A stretch of 64,000 nt of DNA from an uncultured virus (IMG/VR IMGVR_UViG_3300010002_000006) (taxonomy: Duplodnaviria > Heunggongvirae > Uroviricota > Caudoviricetes): positions 186,001 through 250,000 of the IMG/VR virus record IMGVR_UViG_3300010002_000006. The stretch is one strand, 5' to 3'. The translations under genes were made by a program, and so were the position numbers. Shown piece after piece: positions 37,301 through 46,157 of this stretch. The notes beneath the pieces are model-generated. The model ran no database searches. It was not told the origin of the DNA and saw nothing but the letters and a program-made list of their open reading frames with translations. How positions within the stretch are numbered: position 1 is the first letter of the stretch; every line of letters begins with the position of its first letter.

Positions 37301-38640
37301 CAGGGAATACCTTTACCGGTGGATTTGGTAACGCCCCAGCAACCGGCGGTTATACCCCTAACCCGACTATGAGTGCACCAGGTGGTCCTGCGGGTTCGGC
37401 CGGTGCCTTTATGGGTAAAGCCAATGCAAACTTCAATCCTGAGTTTATCAAGAAGGCAGGTGCCGACAAGGGGATTAAGATGTCACTGGCACAAGGTGAT
37501 CAGCTCATGCTGAACCATCTCGTGAAAGCAGGTTTCCGTGACAACAAAACCCTGGCACTGGCATTGGCGATGGCCAGGAAAGAAACCGGTGGATATCAGA
37601 GTACTGCTGAAGATACCAACTGGTCTGCACCAACACTCTTGAAATACTTCAAGAACATCCCAGATGCGGCAACGGCGCAGAAGGTGGCAGCCATGTCACC
37701 GGTGGAACGGGCGATGTATGTCTATGGACGTGCACCAAAAGGTCCACAGTTGGGCAACACCAAACCTGAGGATGGGTGGAACTATCGTGGTCGTGGTCTT
37801 TTCCAGTTAACCGGTAAAGCCAACTACGAAGCGTTCAAGAAGGCATCAGGGATTGATGTGGTTGAGCATCCTGAGTTGGTGTCGGAAGATCCAAACGTCA
37901 TGGCGGAATCGGCAGTGTGGTTCTTAAAGAACAACGCCGCAATGAAATCCATTGCCAAGACAGGTGACTTCGATACTGCGGTGCGTGGCATCAACGGCGG
38001 CAATGCAGTTCCCGCTACCGATGAACGTCGCAACTACTACAACGACTACCTGAACAAACTGCGCAGTGGGGATTTAACCATTCCAGGGGGTGAGGGTGCC
38101 GCTGAAGGAGCAGAGACGCAGAAAGGTGATGCAGAAGCATTGGCTGCAGGTCAGAAACCACAAGTGCCTGAAGCTGCAGACAAGAATGTACCGGCTGATA
38201 AAATGACCGTCGTAAAAGGTGGAGCGGTGAATGATCTTCTGGATAAGACAGATGCATCAAAAGCCCCGTCAAACAGTGGCGGTACACCACCACCGGTTGC
38301 AAATGTCTCGGCACCTGTGCCAGACGCTGCACCGACTACTACGGCATCTGCTGCACCGACGCCAGCCGCCGCACCAGCTGATACCTCATCAGCCAGCACA
38401 CCAGTTGCTGATGCACCAGTGAAACGTGAACCTGTGAAATCTGCAGTGCAAGCGCGTAACGAAGCTGCGGCAGCGGCAGAAGCGGCGAAGCCACCAACGG
38501 TGAATCTGCCAGACTCTATGGACGTCGCGGATACGGCCAATGCGAAACTCAACGTTGCACAGATCAACCTGTTAACCGAGATTCGTGATATCTTGAAAAC
38601 TCCACCGAGCCAACAAAATCGACCCACGGTTCAAATGTAA
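31387..38640 (+). CDS. Tape-measure/tail-associated protein with a C-terminal GH19 peptidoglycan hydrolase (phiKZ gp181 / OBP gp276-like)
   Basis: 2417 aa, largely helical with hydrophobic Gly/Ala segments; ARKETGG...LGNTKPEDGWNYRGRGLFQLTGKANY...INGG; divergent from the RNAP genes. Confidence 0.88.
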   Translation: MAGDYDIDLDWDSDPFGGDMDFDMDFDMDPFKGKGFLRSMGSGFLTGVGDAIGVGEAGSGRTSARFRTLRTLLPDTFTNALDKAYFLNDRLDELKQEFKEENYESVKSLQNIASKLSDKMGDKLPGFVSGGLNNFSSKDFSQWERYETRSDRFNERIDSTTEDDVGHAVDGSEASQSSMFASLGESLNSMTAAATGALQASIGTSNRQLINIESSLRDLLNYQRNVDARLQQAQLNIAARTYVGNAKFYKFMEAGMHAEVAELKKITKYTGMSDFEKTSTLTASKDYMRKKIFSTIGNRMGGITGLLRDKFSSENRKETYGVFGSLIGSVNEAMEMGEGSLSRGMVGNILGKMMGEVAVDKLPYFFKRGPGKKALDKLAKAYPEQADYINEQVKKLTDIGNVVSYASTSGAGMLNYMAQNYQPMDEMKYADYDHYLSELPPGKTPLPKAVWAVMNSASNRSKEAINKLMNDTTKARGTQYTLKRRNVNDLNQPGIWKEMNNTTLNEVLPGLISKTNQILEKMRTGDDNVEQVNYNYMRGEFQSDSKRKISVQADLMSHGEFQRYASASLELVDSVDPDKTLSAGTRKAFALRVAKDIDAEMGFNPYYYLGEIEGMSASMQKEVHAVLKRHFGISTEDVETYKTSDSFSRMKQMAKMPTAEGRERLNSVSASAANLKANFPNVAERIDLLRNTGNEQMLRDLGVIYTEDGKDKVNIQAFHDRIGQYMDDPNNPLLRGVTPKDAQPLPTRNGFGNANGGSFGPTPTVTSDTPAVDTMDNVNETLKRLNEHLSNTSVPQNQGLGNAANVNLDGVTSLLTELRDSNASLMASNTSIEGYMQQFVELAKQGKLVLGEEDPKQEREGEAAKKSFMDKVKGFMPAGLGGKGLDWITKSNPLVLGGLLGSVASMATGHNPLVGLGVAGAGLAINAGWSMWKNRQAGGAASGTEPNDDDDILDEKGEPILKAAKRKAGEYLDAATRRVIKTWSDVRGPVIDITTRAIVGARELAGKIFGPDGRAVALRGLQRVRDAAAGAWNMADPLGRIRALIDSGKDMVYQQDVYIKGSKEPVLRAVKFKAGEYFTRDDAGNFKPISGWNEIDGPVYDEQGNQLVSELEYQSGLVTAAGVAVRNLGSGVANTVGAAAGLARSGLNAVLGKFGYNRDAVPDNGTASAAGSAGGGSSGVEHRLDLIYKMLSEHFGIPMETAGLGEAVRSAATGGSGGIRLGSLEWKKKNAKEEEQHKVNQAIIDIAENTKGMGDGDGEKGESTGFFGKVKDLLMGLGTFGMKLIKNPIGTIGGLIFGSLTNSVGRLAKIGSALFSGVLGVASPIFKLMKWGFGKMAAGLMNRGGRGGPGPELGEGAGNSEGRRGSRRRAGGAGRRRMGRKLAGAGKGAALAYAGYEAMNWMSGSDDEPDYDNGTENIEAGERDEATGRYKTTSDSVVDTVTNWLPQGMLADSLVTGLVGQEKKEELDNFGLFWTSDGSFFTSRKKCEEAQAILDGKSPIKAPPAMQKSNTVITTQKKIRMAMYGVRNVDSNLARRIMALELQLYPYVTLRDGRAALKPETPTGELINNFINSGISKDADKGAVQSWFMNRFKPVFMIFNAAVAMGKMGDIADFDNARSYEVVQTVEKVQRAVAEYNPPPYSIDMRIDDKEGTLGPEDTRAVIAGLFDELKKAFPAPPSKVEDIKAAAVDTAKKESGQTLSEAMSLPSMVSQDGTAGEAARSSQRAVNQDNQKPADVATIDISDLLGDGKTLDAFTLARLAVYGNIESMPWRVEAVLRLERYMESFIMIMGKDARFTGKSGEVMEQFKASFRLHNTFAKNNWAIWFRDRFLPVLMMYCKEVYTVRGGMPARSWKALSATNRAVIARKLTTLLVSTNDTQVPVWSIEAGPFPGTTSGVWPDRADKYLKMLDSKAQEAKLKDPELEDERSKASSGVKDEIEQRAQAAATAGASGPADQSRSVLESVFGKGSTGSGNTFTGGFGNAPATGGYTPNPTMSAPGGPAGSAGAFMGKANANFNPEFIKKAGADKGIKMSLAQGDQLMLNHLVKAGFRDNKTLALALAMARKETGGYQSTAEDTNWSAPTLLKYFKNIPDAATAQKVAAMSPVERAMYVYGRAPKGPQLGNTKPEDGWNYRGRGLFQLTGKANYEAFKKASGIDVVEHPELVSEDPNVMAESAVWFLKNNAAMKSIAKTGDFDTAVRGINGGNAVPATDERRNYYNDYLNKLRSGDLTIPGGEGAAEGAETQKGDAEALAAGQKPQVPEAADKNVPADKMTVVKGGAVNDLLDKTDASKAPSNSGGTPPPVANVSAPVPDAAPTTTASAAPTPAAAPADTSSASTPVADAPVKREPVKSAVQARNEAAAAAEAAKPPTVNLPDSMDVADTANAKLNVAQINLLTEIRDILKTPPSQQNRPTVQM

Positions 38641-38647
38641 CTCACTA

Positions 38648-38666
38648 GGTGCCCTTCGGGGCACTT
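38648..38666 (+). terminator. Intrinsic terminator
   Basis: GTGCCC-ttcg-GGGCAC followed by TTATTTTT. Confidence 0.75.
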
Positions 38667-38677
38667 ATTTTTAGAGG

Positions 38678-40891
38678 ATGGTCATGTCTGTAACTACCAG
38701 TTATCGAGACAGGAATATTGTCTCTCGTTCATTTCGTTTAATGAGTGAGGGCATCAAAGATCCTGAGAAAGCACTGCAACGATCGGATTACGATCTCTAC
38801 ACTAGTTTCTTCTCCACTGCTATGGGGGATAACAAATTTATCAACCCGTTACCGGGTTACAGCCGTAACACCGATCCCTATCCTAAACCAGCAATGGAAA
38901 ACAAATTAGGGAATCAGGGGCGGTACTACAAACGTATTCACCAGGACAACGCACTCTCTGCAACCTTTACCGCAGGGGTCCCGGAGTTCACGGGGATGTT
39001 GACCTTTATTCTCAACATGTTTGATTACTCTGCGTCTATCATGGCGAACAAAGGGCGCGCACCTACCTGGGCATTCTACATTGCACAGGGTGCGGCCAGT
39101 ATCGCTTTTTGGCCAGCCCAGATCATCGCGACCTCGTTTAACTTCTTTGAGTATCTCACCAATACACCAAAGAACAAGTGGTACTACTGTAAGCCGGCGA
39201 TGGGGATGTACTTCACTGCGGCTCAGGGTATTTTCAATGACCTGATGGTAGCAGCCGGTTATGCACTGACTGTGTTACCGAATGACCGTCAGGAGCAGGG
39301 TAACCAGAAAGCGGGTGATCGTGATTATTCCGCCGGTGGACAAAAAGGATACAAACATGACAGTGCAGCTGCGAAGAACAACATCGCCTACCTGAACTCC
39401 ATGTTCCCCGATGCCATCAACGATGACGGGACGATTGATATCCTGAAAGTGGCCTCGCGTGGTGCTCGTAAGTTCCGTCACTTCATTAAGAAGGTGAAAG
39501 ACCTCGATGACCAATTCGGGATCAACACCGTGGAGCAAAAAGACAAAGCCATTGAGCAGACTCTTGATGCCCTGATGAAGAACAGCGGATTTGTCAATGC
39601 CAACGGCGGTAAGACAGCCGGCATCAGTACCCGTGACTATCTCTCGCAAGAGTTAAAGACCGTGGGTAAAGCGCGTGGCATGGATGAGATCAACTATCCA
39701 GAAGTGGCCTCGGCCTACACCAGCGCAGATGCAGGCCAAAACGTTAAGCCTGCGGATGCAGCCAGTCAGTCAGGCGGTGCGGTGGATGGCAGTCAGTACA
39801 TTGCTGGCTTCCAGGATAAGATGCAGGCCAAGAACAGCGAAAGCTTTGGTATCGATAACAACGGCAGTGCCAGCGGTGGAACAACTTCACCACAGTTAGC
39901 CGGTACCATGCCAACGATCGAAGGACCCAAAGATGTAGACCAGAGTTCCTGGATGGGACAGATTGGCCAGCTCTTAATGGACGGGTTCTACGGTGGCTTG
40001 GACAGTGTGACGTTCCGTACCGAAGGGGTAAGCTCGGCCAGTGACTCCTTTAGTAACTCCACCACGTCTTCTGCTATTGCTTCTACCTTTAATGGTACAG
40101 TGAGTGCAGTGCAGAACTTCAAGTTCAACATCGGTGGCGGACAAACCGGTATTGGGTTTGTGGATGAAGTGGTTAACAACATCAAAGATGCAGCAGCCGG
40201 TCTGGCAGCCGGGTCGGTGATTGGTAACGTCCCTTTAGCTTTACTGGGTAACTCTAAGGTAGAGATCCCGGATCACTGGGAAGATTCCAGTACCAGTTTG
40301 CACAGCGAGAGCTTCAGTTTCTATTTTGAAGCTCCGTATGCGCATCCGTACTCGATTGCCACCAACATCTTTATGCCACTGGCATTGTTGATGCCGTTCT
40401 TTGTGCCGTTCTCAACCGGTGGATCAACTTACACTGCGCCGTTCCTGATCAAAGTCTTTAGTCGCGGTAAGAGCATTATCCGTACTGGGATTGTTCAGAA
40501 CGCCAGTCTGGAATTCGGTGCAGGGCCATTAGGTTGGACCACGGACATGAAGCCACGTACACTTCGGGTTAACTTAACCGTCACCGATTTGGAAAAGGTA
40601 ATGTCAGTCCCGATCAGTCGTGTCACTAACCCACTGGACTTGTTGAACATCGCCGGTCAGAGTTCTCGTTACTTAGGTGACGTGGGTAAATACAACGACT
40701 GGGTTAACCGTGTAGCAGGGATAGACTATCTTGATACCGTTCTGCGTTACAACGACCTTAACCGTCGCTTGACGCGCTTTAAGACCGATGCCAAGAATAT
40801 GTTTAAACCGGCCACCATTGCAGGCGTTGTTAACGACTCGATTGTGGGAGACGTTGCTCGTATTTTTACCGGGCGCCCACTGAACCGTTAA
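38678..40891 (+). CDS. Virion tail/baseplate protein (phiKZ gp182-like)
   Basis: 737 aa after the tape-measure gene; IPDHWEDS, YTAPFLIKVFSRGKSIIRTG and GWT motifs. Confidence 0.7.
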   Translation: MVMSVTTSYRDRNIVSRSFRLMSEGIKDPEKALQRSDYDLYTSFFSTAMGDNKFINPLPGYSRNTDPYPKPAMENKLGNQGRYYKRIHQDNALSATFTAGVPEFTGMLTFILNMFDYSASIMANKGRAPTWAFYIAQGAASIAFWPAQIIATSFNFFEYLTNTPKNKWYYCKPAMGMYFTAAQGIFNDLMVAAGYALTVLPNDRQEQGNQKAGDRDYSAGGQKGYKHDSAAAKNNIAYLNSMFPDAINDDGTIDILKVASRGARKFRHFIKKVKDLDDQFGINTVEQKDKAIEQTLDALMKNSGFVNANGGKTAGISTRDYLSQELKTVGKARGMDEINYPEVASAYTSADAGQNVKPADAASQSGGAVDGSQYIAGFQDKMQAKNSESFGIDNNGSASGGTTSPQLAGTMPTIEGPKDVDQSSWMGQIGQLLMDGFYGGLDSVTFRTEGVSSASDSFSNSTTSSAIASTFNGTVSAVQNFKFNIGGGQTGIGFVDEVVNNIKDAAAGLAAGSVIGNVPLALLGNSKVEIPDHWEDSSTSLHSESFSFYFEAPYAHPYSIATNIFMPLALLMPFFVPFSTGGSTYTAPFLIKVFSRGKSIIRTGIVQNASLEFGAGPLGWTTDMKPRTLRVNLTVTDLEKVMSVPISRVTNPLDLLNIAGQSSRYLGDVGKYNDWVNRVAGIDYLDTVLRYNDLNRRLTRFKTDAKNMFKPATIAGVVNDSIVGDVARIFTGRPLNR

Positions 40892-40913
40892 ACAAAAAAA
40901 AATAAGTCATAGT

Positions 40914-40942
40914 TCCTACTCTGCCTTTTGGGCAGAGTAGGA
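40914..40942. terminator. Bidirectional terminator (CTACTC-stem family)
   Basis: TCCTACTCTGCC-ttttg-GGCAGAGTAGGA between convergent genes. Confidence 0.8.
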
Positions 40943-40952
40943 GTATGTTTGG

Positions 40953-42092
40953 CTATTGATTACCGAGCTTTAAAGCACCAGGGAAATGTCCCAGAAAAAC
41001 ATCAGTGGCTGACTGCTCCACAAAGATTCCCGACGCACACAACAGAGGAATTAATTCATTGACTTCTTCCAGCAACGTTTTGGCATCGCTGGATAAGTTT
41101 CTGACAATCCCCACATTAAGTGCTTCGCCAAACTGAGTAGGATACTTATACCAGTTCGGTCCACCTAATGTTACACAGACACGCTGCAGGTCTGCACTCA
41201 GTGCCGGGTAATCAGACGGATCCACATCACGGGGAAAGTAGTAGTTACTCAGTGTCTGTTCAATCGTGGTCGGATACAGAGCAGCTATCTTGTTTGCCCC
41301 TTCCTGTTGCACGATATCCAGAATCTTCACCACCGAGTCCAGATCGCCACGACCCGATGCTACACTGACGTTGTTGATCAATGCATCGTGATAGTCACTT
41401 TCATAGACATACATATCTTTAAAATTATCAAAGCCACGGGTCATACTGCTTTCAACCGCTTTACTCAGCATGGTGTTCAACACCGAGTTAATCGCAGCTA
41501 CGTTCACCACTGATCCAAACCCGTCACTGTCACTTTTACTGAAGAAGTCAATCAGGCTGGAACCCATGGAGTACTTCCAGTCATCTGCAATATGGAGCTT
41601 TACAAATGACCCGTCGGTATCCGCAATAATCAACCCCTGTGCTAAGCCCCCGGTCATGGAATTGAGTTCATCAATAAACCCATTTCCAATCTGATTCTTA
41701 AGGTCCGCCATGGAATTAATGTTAAACCCCAGTCCTCGACCCGCTAACCCTAACAGCCCGTCGGTGTCAAGTTTGAACCCATCTTCGTACTTCACCAGTG
41801 CACCGAGATCCCCGATGTTATACTTGCCGCCGGTGAGGTTCTTTAACGCATTGTTGATTCCATCAATAGCGGATGACTTATAACTGGAGATAGTACCCAG
41901 AATGGTTGACTGGGTTTCACTGACTTTTGCTACCCCTGCCTGCACACCTGCCGATACTGCTTTAAATGGATTGACAACCTGGTTAGTAAGATTGGAAACC
42001 GTGGCGCCCATCGACTGACTGGCTTTTTGGAGGTTATTACTAATGTCAACCGTTTCAAAGATACTGCTGTTTTGTAAGAGCGTCATATTCAT
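40953..42092 (-). CDS. Probable virion structural protein
   Basis: 379 aa; helical Gly/Ser/Asn-rich N-terminus; adjacent to the tail module. Confidence 0.55.
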   Translation of the reverse strand: MNMTLLQNSSIFETVDISNNLQKASQSMGATVSNLTNQVVNPFKAVSAGVQAGVAKVSETQSTILGTISSYKSSAIDGINNALKNLTGGKYNIGDLGALVKYEDGFKLDTDGLLGLAGRGLGFNINSMADLKNQIGNGFIDELNSMTGGLAQGLIIADTDGSFVKLHIADDWKYSMGSSLIDFFSKSDSDGFGSVVNVAAINSVLNTMLSKAVESSMTRGFDNFKDMYVYESDYHDALINNVSVASGRGDLDSVVKILDIVQQEGANKIAALYPTTIEQTLSNYYFPRDVDPSDYPALSADLQRVCVTLGGPNWYKYPTQFGEALNVGIVRNLSSDAKTLLEEVNELIPLLCASGIFVEQSATDVFLGHFPGALKLGNQ

Positions 42093-42114
42093 TCCAAAAA
42101 AAAATAAGAAGACA

Positions 42115-42140
42115 GTTACTCTACCCGAAGGTAGAGTAAC
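42115..42140 (-). terminator. Terminator (CTACTC-stem family variant)
   Basis: GTTACTCTACC-cgaa-GGTAGAGTAAC, then TTATTTTTTTTT on the minus strand. Confidence 0.8.
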
Positions 42141-42156
42141 ATATCTGATTAGTCCA

Positions 42157-42564
42157 TTATGAGGTTTCTCCGCGTTGCGGTCTCATGAGGATGGTCCGTT
42201 CTGATACAGTGGTGGTCTCACCAGATTCTTTCTTAAGAACGATGGTCACTTCTGCCTCAGAGATCTTCAAGATTTTCAGGCCCATGAGAAACTTATTGTA
42301 ACTAAGTGTGCGTGAGCAAAACAAGGTACTCTGGATATTCCCGAGGGCCGTGGAACGTGCGCGTTTAATTTCCATCGCATCGCCAGAGTCGTCAGGGTGA
42401 ATATCCCGCAGATAGTCATCTAAATAGGTTTTCCATTTTGCCTGGTTGATATCAAGCTTGTCCAGTATCTCCCTGAACTTTCTCGCCAGTGTGTCGGTGA
42501 GTTGCTCATAGGGTACATAGTTTTTATTCTTGATATATTGCGCCGGTTTCTTTCTGTCATTCAT
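42157..42564 (-). CDS. Hypothetical protein, possibly DNA-binding
   Basis: 135 aa, basic and helical; RSTALGNI...LSYNKFLMGLKIL. Confidence 0.65.
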   Translation of the reverse strand: MNDRKKPAQYIKNKNYVPYEQLTDTLARKFREILDKLDINQAKWKTYLDDYLRDIHPDDSGDAMEIKRARSTALGNIQSTLFCSRTLSYNKFLMGLKILKISEAEVTIVLKKESGETTTVSERTILMRPQRGETS

Positions 42565-43132
42565 ACTGTATCTCTAAGTAAAATGAAATTATGCTGACAA
42601 GATCCTCCAAGAGTAAACGCCAAACCAAGGTATCGTACATCCCTATATCAATATCTCCAAACTCAGTGAAGTCCAGTTCTTCCAGCAGTTCGATTTCAGG
42701 ATTGTCTTGCAACCACACATCTACAGCGAGATAAGGTTTCAACAAATCTATGAATCGAGTCAATGTCTCCTTATTTGAATACCAATCGTTAAAGTATACC
42801 CGGTTCCGTGACATAGTAATGAACGGGGAGCGTTCCAGATCAGACTTCTTAAAGACCTTGGCTTCTACGAGCTTTACAGCCATTGCAGAGCTTTTAGTCC
42901 GTAAGCTGATGTCTTTCATCGTACCATACACAACGTCCTCTGAGAGGCTTACCAGAGGGCTATTTACGATATTGTGAAGACGCCTTATGTGGGAGTGCTC
43001 AAAGAACCCCTCATTGAATCTCTCTTTTATAACAGCGAGGTCCCGCTTTATCTCCGCCACAGTTTGCTTATCGCGAGCAACGCGACGTCGACGGAAGTAG
43101 GGGATCTTATTTAATAACTTATCTAAAAACAT
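42557..43132 (-). CDS. Hypothetical protein
   Basis: 191 aa; GGAG RBS; coupled to the downstream gene. Confidence 0.7.
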   Translation of the reverse strand: MFLDKLLNKIPYFRRRRVARDKQTVAEIKRDLAVIKERFNEGFFEHSHIRRLHNIVNSPLVSLSEDVVYGTMKDISLRTKSSAMAVKLVEAKVFKKSDLERSPFITMSRNRVYFNDWYSNKETLTRFIDLLKPYLAVDVWLQDNPEIELLEELDFTEFGDIDIGMYDTLVWRLLLEDLVSIISFYLEIQYE

Positions 43133-43192
43133 GTGCTACTCCGTGTCTATAAAAGATATTACCGAAATAGATTGTCACAGGTATCTACTTGG

Positions 43193-43209
43193 ATAATATC
43201 TGTTTCAAA
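43193..43209 (-). promoter_or_regulatory. Putative early promoter
   Basis: Minus strand TTTGAAACAGATATTAT about 60 nt upstream of 43132. Confidence 0.55.
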
Positions 43210-43242
43210 GTTAATGGCCGGATGAAAAGAATTGGAGAATTT

Positions 43243-43848
43243 ATGTTTGACGAAGAAGACAGTATTCATCCGCCAGTTAATAGTAATCGTGATGAATTTA
43301 AACTGGTGCAAGAGAAAGAAAAAGATCAGCTCATCGCCGATATCCAAACTATACTCAACGGTGGGCACTCGGTTCAAAATGAAACCAGCCTGATCAACAT
43401 TGTTCAAAAGCAGCGTAAGCTTCTCTTGGATATTGCCACTCAGACGTTCATTAATAAACCCAACAACCCCAAGTTATTGGATTCCATCAATACCATGCTG
43501 GGACAGATGGAGAAGTCAGTGCGTGATGACCGTAAAGAGCGTCTGAAAGATCGCGAGCTGGAAGATAACAAAGCCAACTTCGCCACCTTTGTCAGCGCCC
43601 TGAACGAAATCACGGCCGGTAAGATCGTCATGCCAACGTTCTCCAGTGCACCACTTGCGCTGGATCCGTTTGCCGATGCTAAACTCTTTGAAACCGATAA
43701 CCCAGATGAGGATATCAGCGAAGAAGAGAAATTCCAGGGTCGTCAAATCCTGGACAGCAAAGAGATCGAGCAGGCCTTTAATATTGATCCGGAAACGCAA
43801 ATCAATACCACCGAAGAAAGCACAGAAGAGTTCGATCCAAACAGCTGA
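43243..43848 (+). CDS. Hypothetical protein (coiled coil, acidic tail)
   Basis: Likely start MFDEEDS at 43243 with GGAG RBS. Confidence 0.7.
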   Translation: MFDEEDSIHPPVNSNRDEFKLVQEKEKDQLIADIQTILNGGHSVQNETSLINIVQKQRKLLLDIATQTFINKPNNPKLLDSINTMLGQMEKSVRDDRKERLKDRELEDNKANFATFVSALNEITAGKIVMPTFSSAPLALDPFADAKLFETDNPDEDISEEEKFQGRQILDSKEIEQAFNIDPETQINTTEESTEEFDPNS

Positions 43849-43859
43849 CAGCAAAACAT

Positions 43860-43887
43860 CTCCAGAGAGCCGTGAGGCTCTCTGGAG
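43860..43887. terminator. Bidirectional hairpin terminator
   Basis: CTCCAGAGAGC-loop-GCTCTCTGGAG between convergent genes. Confidence 0.75.
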
Positions 43888-43893
43888 GTTGAC

Positions 43894-44634
43894 CTATTCC
43901 GAATAATCGAATACGGTTTTGTCACAAGGAACCCAGGTTATTTTACCGCCTTGAGTAACATTCATCTTACTGATAGTGTCGATCGGCTCTTCGCGTCTCA
44001 TTTCCTCAGGAAGCTCTTTATACACAAGTAGATCGGGTACGAAGAAACGCGTGCCTGCATTCGGGCTCTGCGCGTAATTCTCCCAATACACTCGGTAGTC
44101 TTTACCCATAAGAAAGTCGTAGATAAAGACATAGTCATAAGCATGCAACACCGCTGGCGTTAAATTGTCATACGGGATGTTTACAAATGATAGAGAAATA
44201 TTAAACTTAACCGCACCACGAATGTGATCGCCCAGTTCGCTTAATAACTCGTCTGACAAAATATAGGGATACGTGTTAACTGTTATGCTAAAGCCCGAAG
44301 TCGATAACATCTGACCGACCCCAAACTCCACAGTACGCACAAAAGTAAACAGCGCCCGGTTCTTCATCAGTTTCGAAGGAAAGAAGTAGCACTGGGACTC
44401 ATCGGCAAAATCGTCCATGGTCCGGCGTGCGTACCGCTCTTCAAACTTGGCTTGGGTAATCCCTAGTTCAGGCTGATGAAAATAATCCCAACGACGGCGT
44501 TTATAAATCTCCGCCATGTTGCGTTCCCAGTTGAACGAGGTGTTCCCACTTTCCAACGCCACCTTGGTTAAGATTCCCCGCCGTGAATCAAACAGGGAAT
44601 CCAGATTGGTGAAACAACGCAGATCAGCAGTCAT
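43894..44634 (-). CDS. Hypothetical protein in the virion RNAP beta-C operon
   Basis: 246 aa; GGAGG RBS; N-terminal TNLDSLFDSR. Confidence 0.7.
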   Translation of the reverse strand: MTADLRCFTNLDSLFDSRRGILTKVALESGNTSFNWERNMAEIYKRRRWDYFHQPELGITQAKFEERYARRTMDDFADESQCYFFPSKLMKNRALFTFVRTVEFGVGQMLSTSGFSITVNTYPYILSDELLSELGDHIRGAVKFNISLSFVNIPYDNLTPAVLHAYDYVFIYDFLMGKDYRVYWENYAQSPNAGTRFFVPDLLVYKELPEEMRREEPIDTISKMNVTQGGKITWVPCDKTVFDYSE

Positions 44635-44639
44635 GAACT

Positions 44640-45113
44640 CTACCTCCGTGAAGACTGTTTAGGAAGTCGAGCCTTTTCTTCTTCTGCTGTGCGCTGTGCC
44701 AGGGCAATATAGACCTCGTTGCGATGCACCGTTAAGAACAACAGCAGACGGCTTAACGGAGAAAGGTCTTTAGCTTTGTAGTTGTATCCTGATTTCAGCA
44801 TGGGATCAGACGACACTTCATCAAATCCCGCACAGAACACATCCACCGCCAGTTGGGAATACGGCTGAGAATAGACCCGAAGACAGAAGGCGCTGAAGTA
44901 GTTAAACATATCGCCTTCATCACCGAGTCGTTTCACAAACTCAACGATCCCTTCACGAAACGATGTCAGTCGCATCCCCAGGATATCATCCATGGCGCAT
45001 TTCCAGAATCCCGTGCTGTCTTTGTTGATCACAATCTCAACATGCAGTTCACGGGCATAGAACTCAATCAAACGTTCGACATGGGACAGAGGTTGGGCTT
45101 CAGCATTCATCAA
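44640..45113 (-). CDS. Hypothetical protein
   Basis: 157 aa coupled to the RNAP beta-C gene. Confidence 0.65.
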   Translation of the reverse strand: MMNAEAQPLSHVERLIEFYARELHVEIVINKDSTGFWKCAMDDILGMRLTSFREGIVEFVKRLGDEGDMFNYFSAFCLRVYSQPYSQLAVDVFCAGFDEVSSDPMLKSGYNYKAKDLSPLSRLLLFLTVHRNEVYIALAQRTAEEEKARLPKQSSRR

Positions 45114-45808
45114 TTACGGTCTCGCAGGTTGTTATCGATATGCTGACCCAACAACAGGTAGGACGCCGTTTGAATCGACTTGACCCCAGTACCGCGCTGC
45201 AGCGCTGATTCAGTTGTGGTGGTCCCTGTTGCCAGGATATCACTTTTATAGGCACGGTATGCACCTACGTCACCACCACGGGCATCCGCCAGCTCTTTGG
45301 CAAGTGTTGGCAGACCCAATGACAGTAACACCTGAATCTCTGGGTTCGAGATCCCGCCAGCACGTGAGTCACCGGTAGGTTGACCCGTGAGGTCTTCCAC
45401 GTTATAGTCGTGCTTCGAGGCACCAAACTTCTTGGCCTGGAGCTGACGCTGCTTACGGACTTCAGCAATGCCCACAATCGCTGTTTCCGGCGTCGTGTGT
45501 TCAAGGCCGGTATCCGGGTCAGTGAAAGTAACCTGCTGTTCTAACGGGATGTCAAGTTTGAGCCCTACCTTGACCATGTGGTCATAGTCAATGGTTTCTG
45601 ACATATCGAAGTTGTCCACGAACATCGGAATAAATTCCATGTCGCAGACTTTGTTCCAGAAGCTGGCAAACTGGGCGTCATCTAAACGCCCAAACAGCTC
45701 CGTGTAGAGTCGGTGGTTTCCCCCACCTTTAGTGAAGTCTTTCGCTAACGCTAAGATATCACTTTCTATCTCTTTACGGTGTTTCATTTTTCCGGGTCTC
45801 GTATCCAT
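45110..45808 (-). CDS. Virion RNA polymerase beta subunit, C-terminal part (phiKZ gp149-like)
   Basis: DLTGQPTGDSRAGGISNPEIQVLLSLG...KELADARGGD parallels the RpoB C-terminal LVTQQPLGG...GEME...EMLTVKSDD region. Confidence 0.85.
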   Translation of the reverse strand: MDTRPGKMKHRKEIESDILALAKDFTKGGGNHRLYTELFGRLDDAQFASFWNKVCDMEFIPMFVDNFDMSETIDYDHMVKVGLKLDIPLEQQVTFTDPDTGLEHTTPETAIVGIAEVRKQRQLQAKKFGASKHDYNVEDLTGQPTGDSRAGGISNPEIQVLLSLGLPTLAKELADARGGDVGAYRAYKSDILATGTTTTESALQRGTGVKSIQTASYLLLGQHIDNNLRDRN

Positions 45809-46154
45809 AAATCGTGAATGGTTTCGAGAGTTCAGTGAGGCGGTTGGTCAACGCGGTGACAAAGGCATCATTCTCGTAGTTAGCAATGATGACAAACTCA
45901 TTGAACTGCATCAAATGATCATCCAGTGACTTGATGAAGGCGGTTTTGTTTTTGTCATCTACTTCGATGACATCGCCAGTCATGTCGACGCCGTAACGGC
46001 CCGAAACAGAAACACCCCGCAGATTACTGTCGCCGGTGCGACGGCTCAGCCAGGCATTGAGCTTACTGAAGTACTGCATCTTATCTTTGACGGTGGGCAC
46101 AAAATCTGGTTCGGCAACAACCAAAACAGAATAATCATAACTGTAATCTGACAT
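45774..46154 (-). CDS. Hypothetical protein
   Basis: 126 aa between the recombinase and RNAP beta-C genes. Confidence 0.65.
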   Translation of the reverse strand: MSDYSYDYSVLVVAEPDFVPTVKDKMQYFSKLNAWLSRRTGDSNLRGVSVSGRYGVDMTGDVIEVDDKNKTAFIKSLDDHLMQFNEFVIIANYENDAFVTALTNRLTELSKPFTIYGYETRKNETP

Positions 46155-46157
46155 CTC

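Noticed and set aside
38151..38627. 158 aa Ala/Gly-rich minus-strand ORF and similar ORFs antisense to the tape-measure gene
   Set aside because: Antisense reflections of low-complexity Ala/Pro/Thr codons in the real gene
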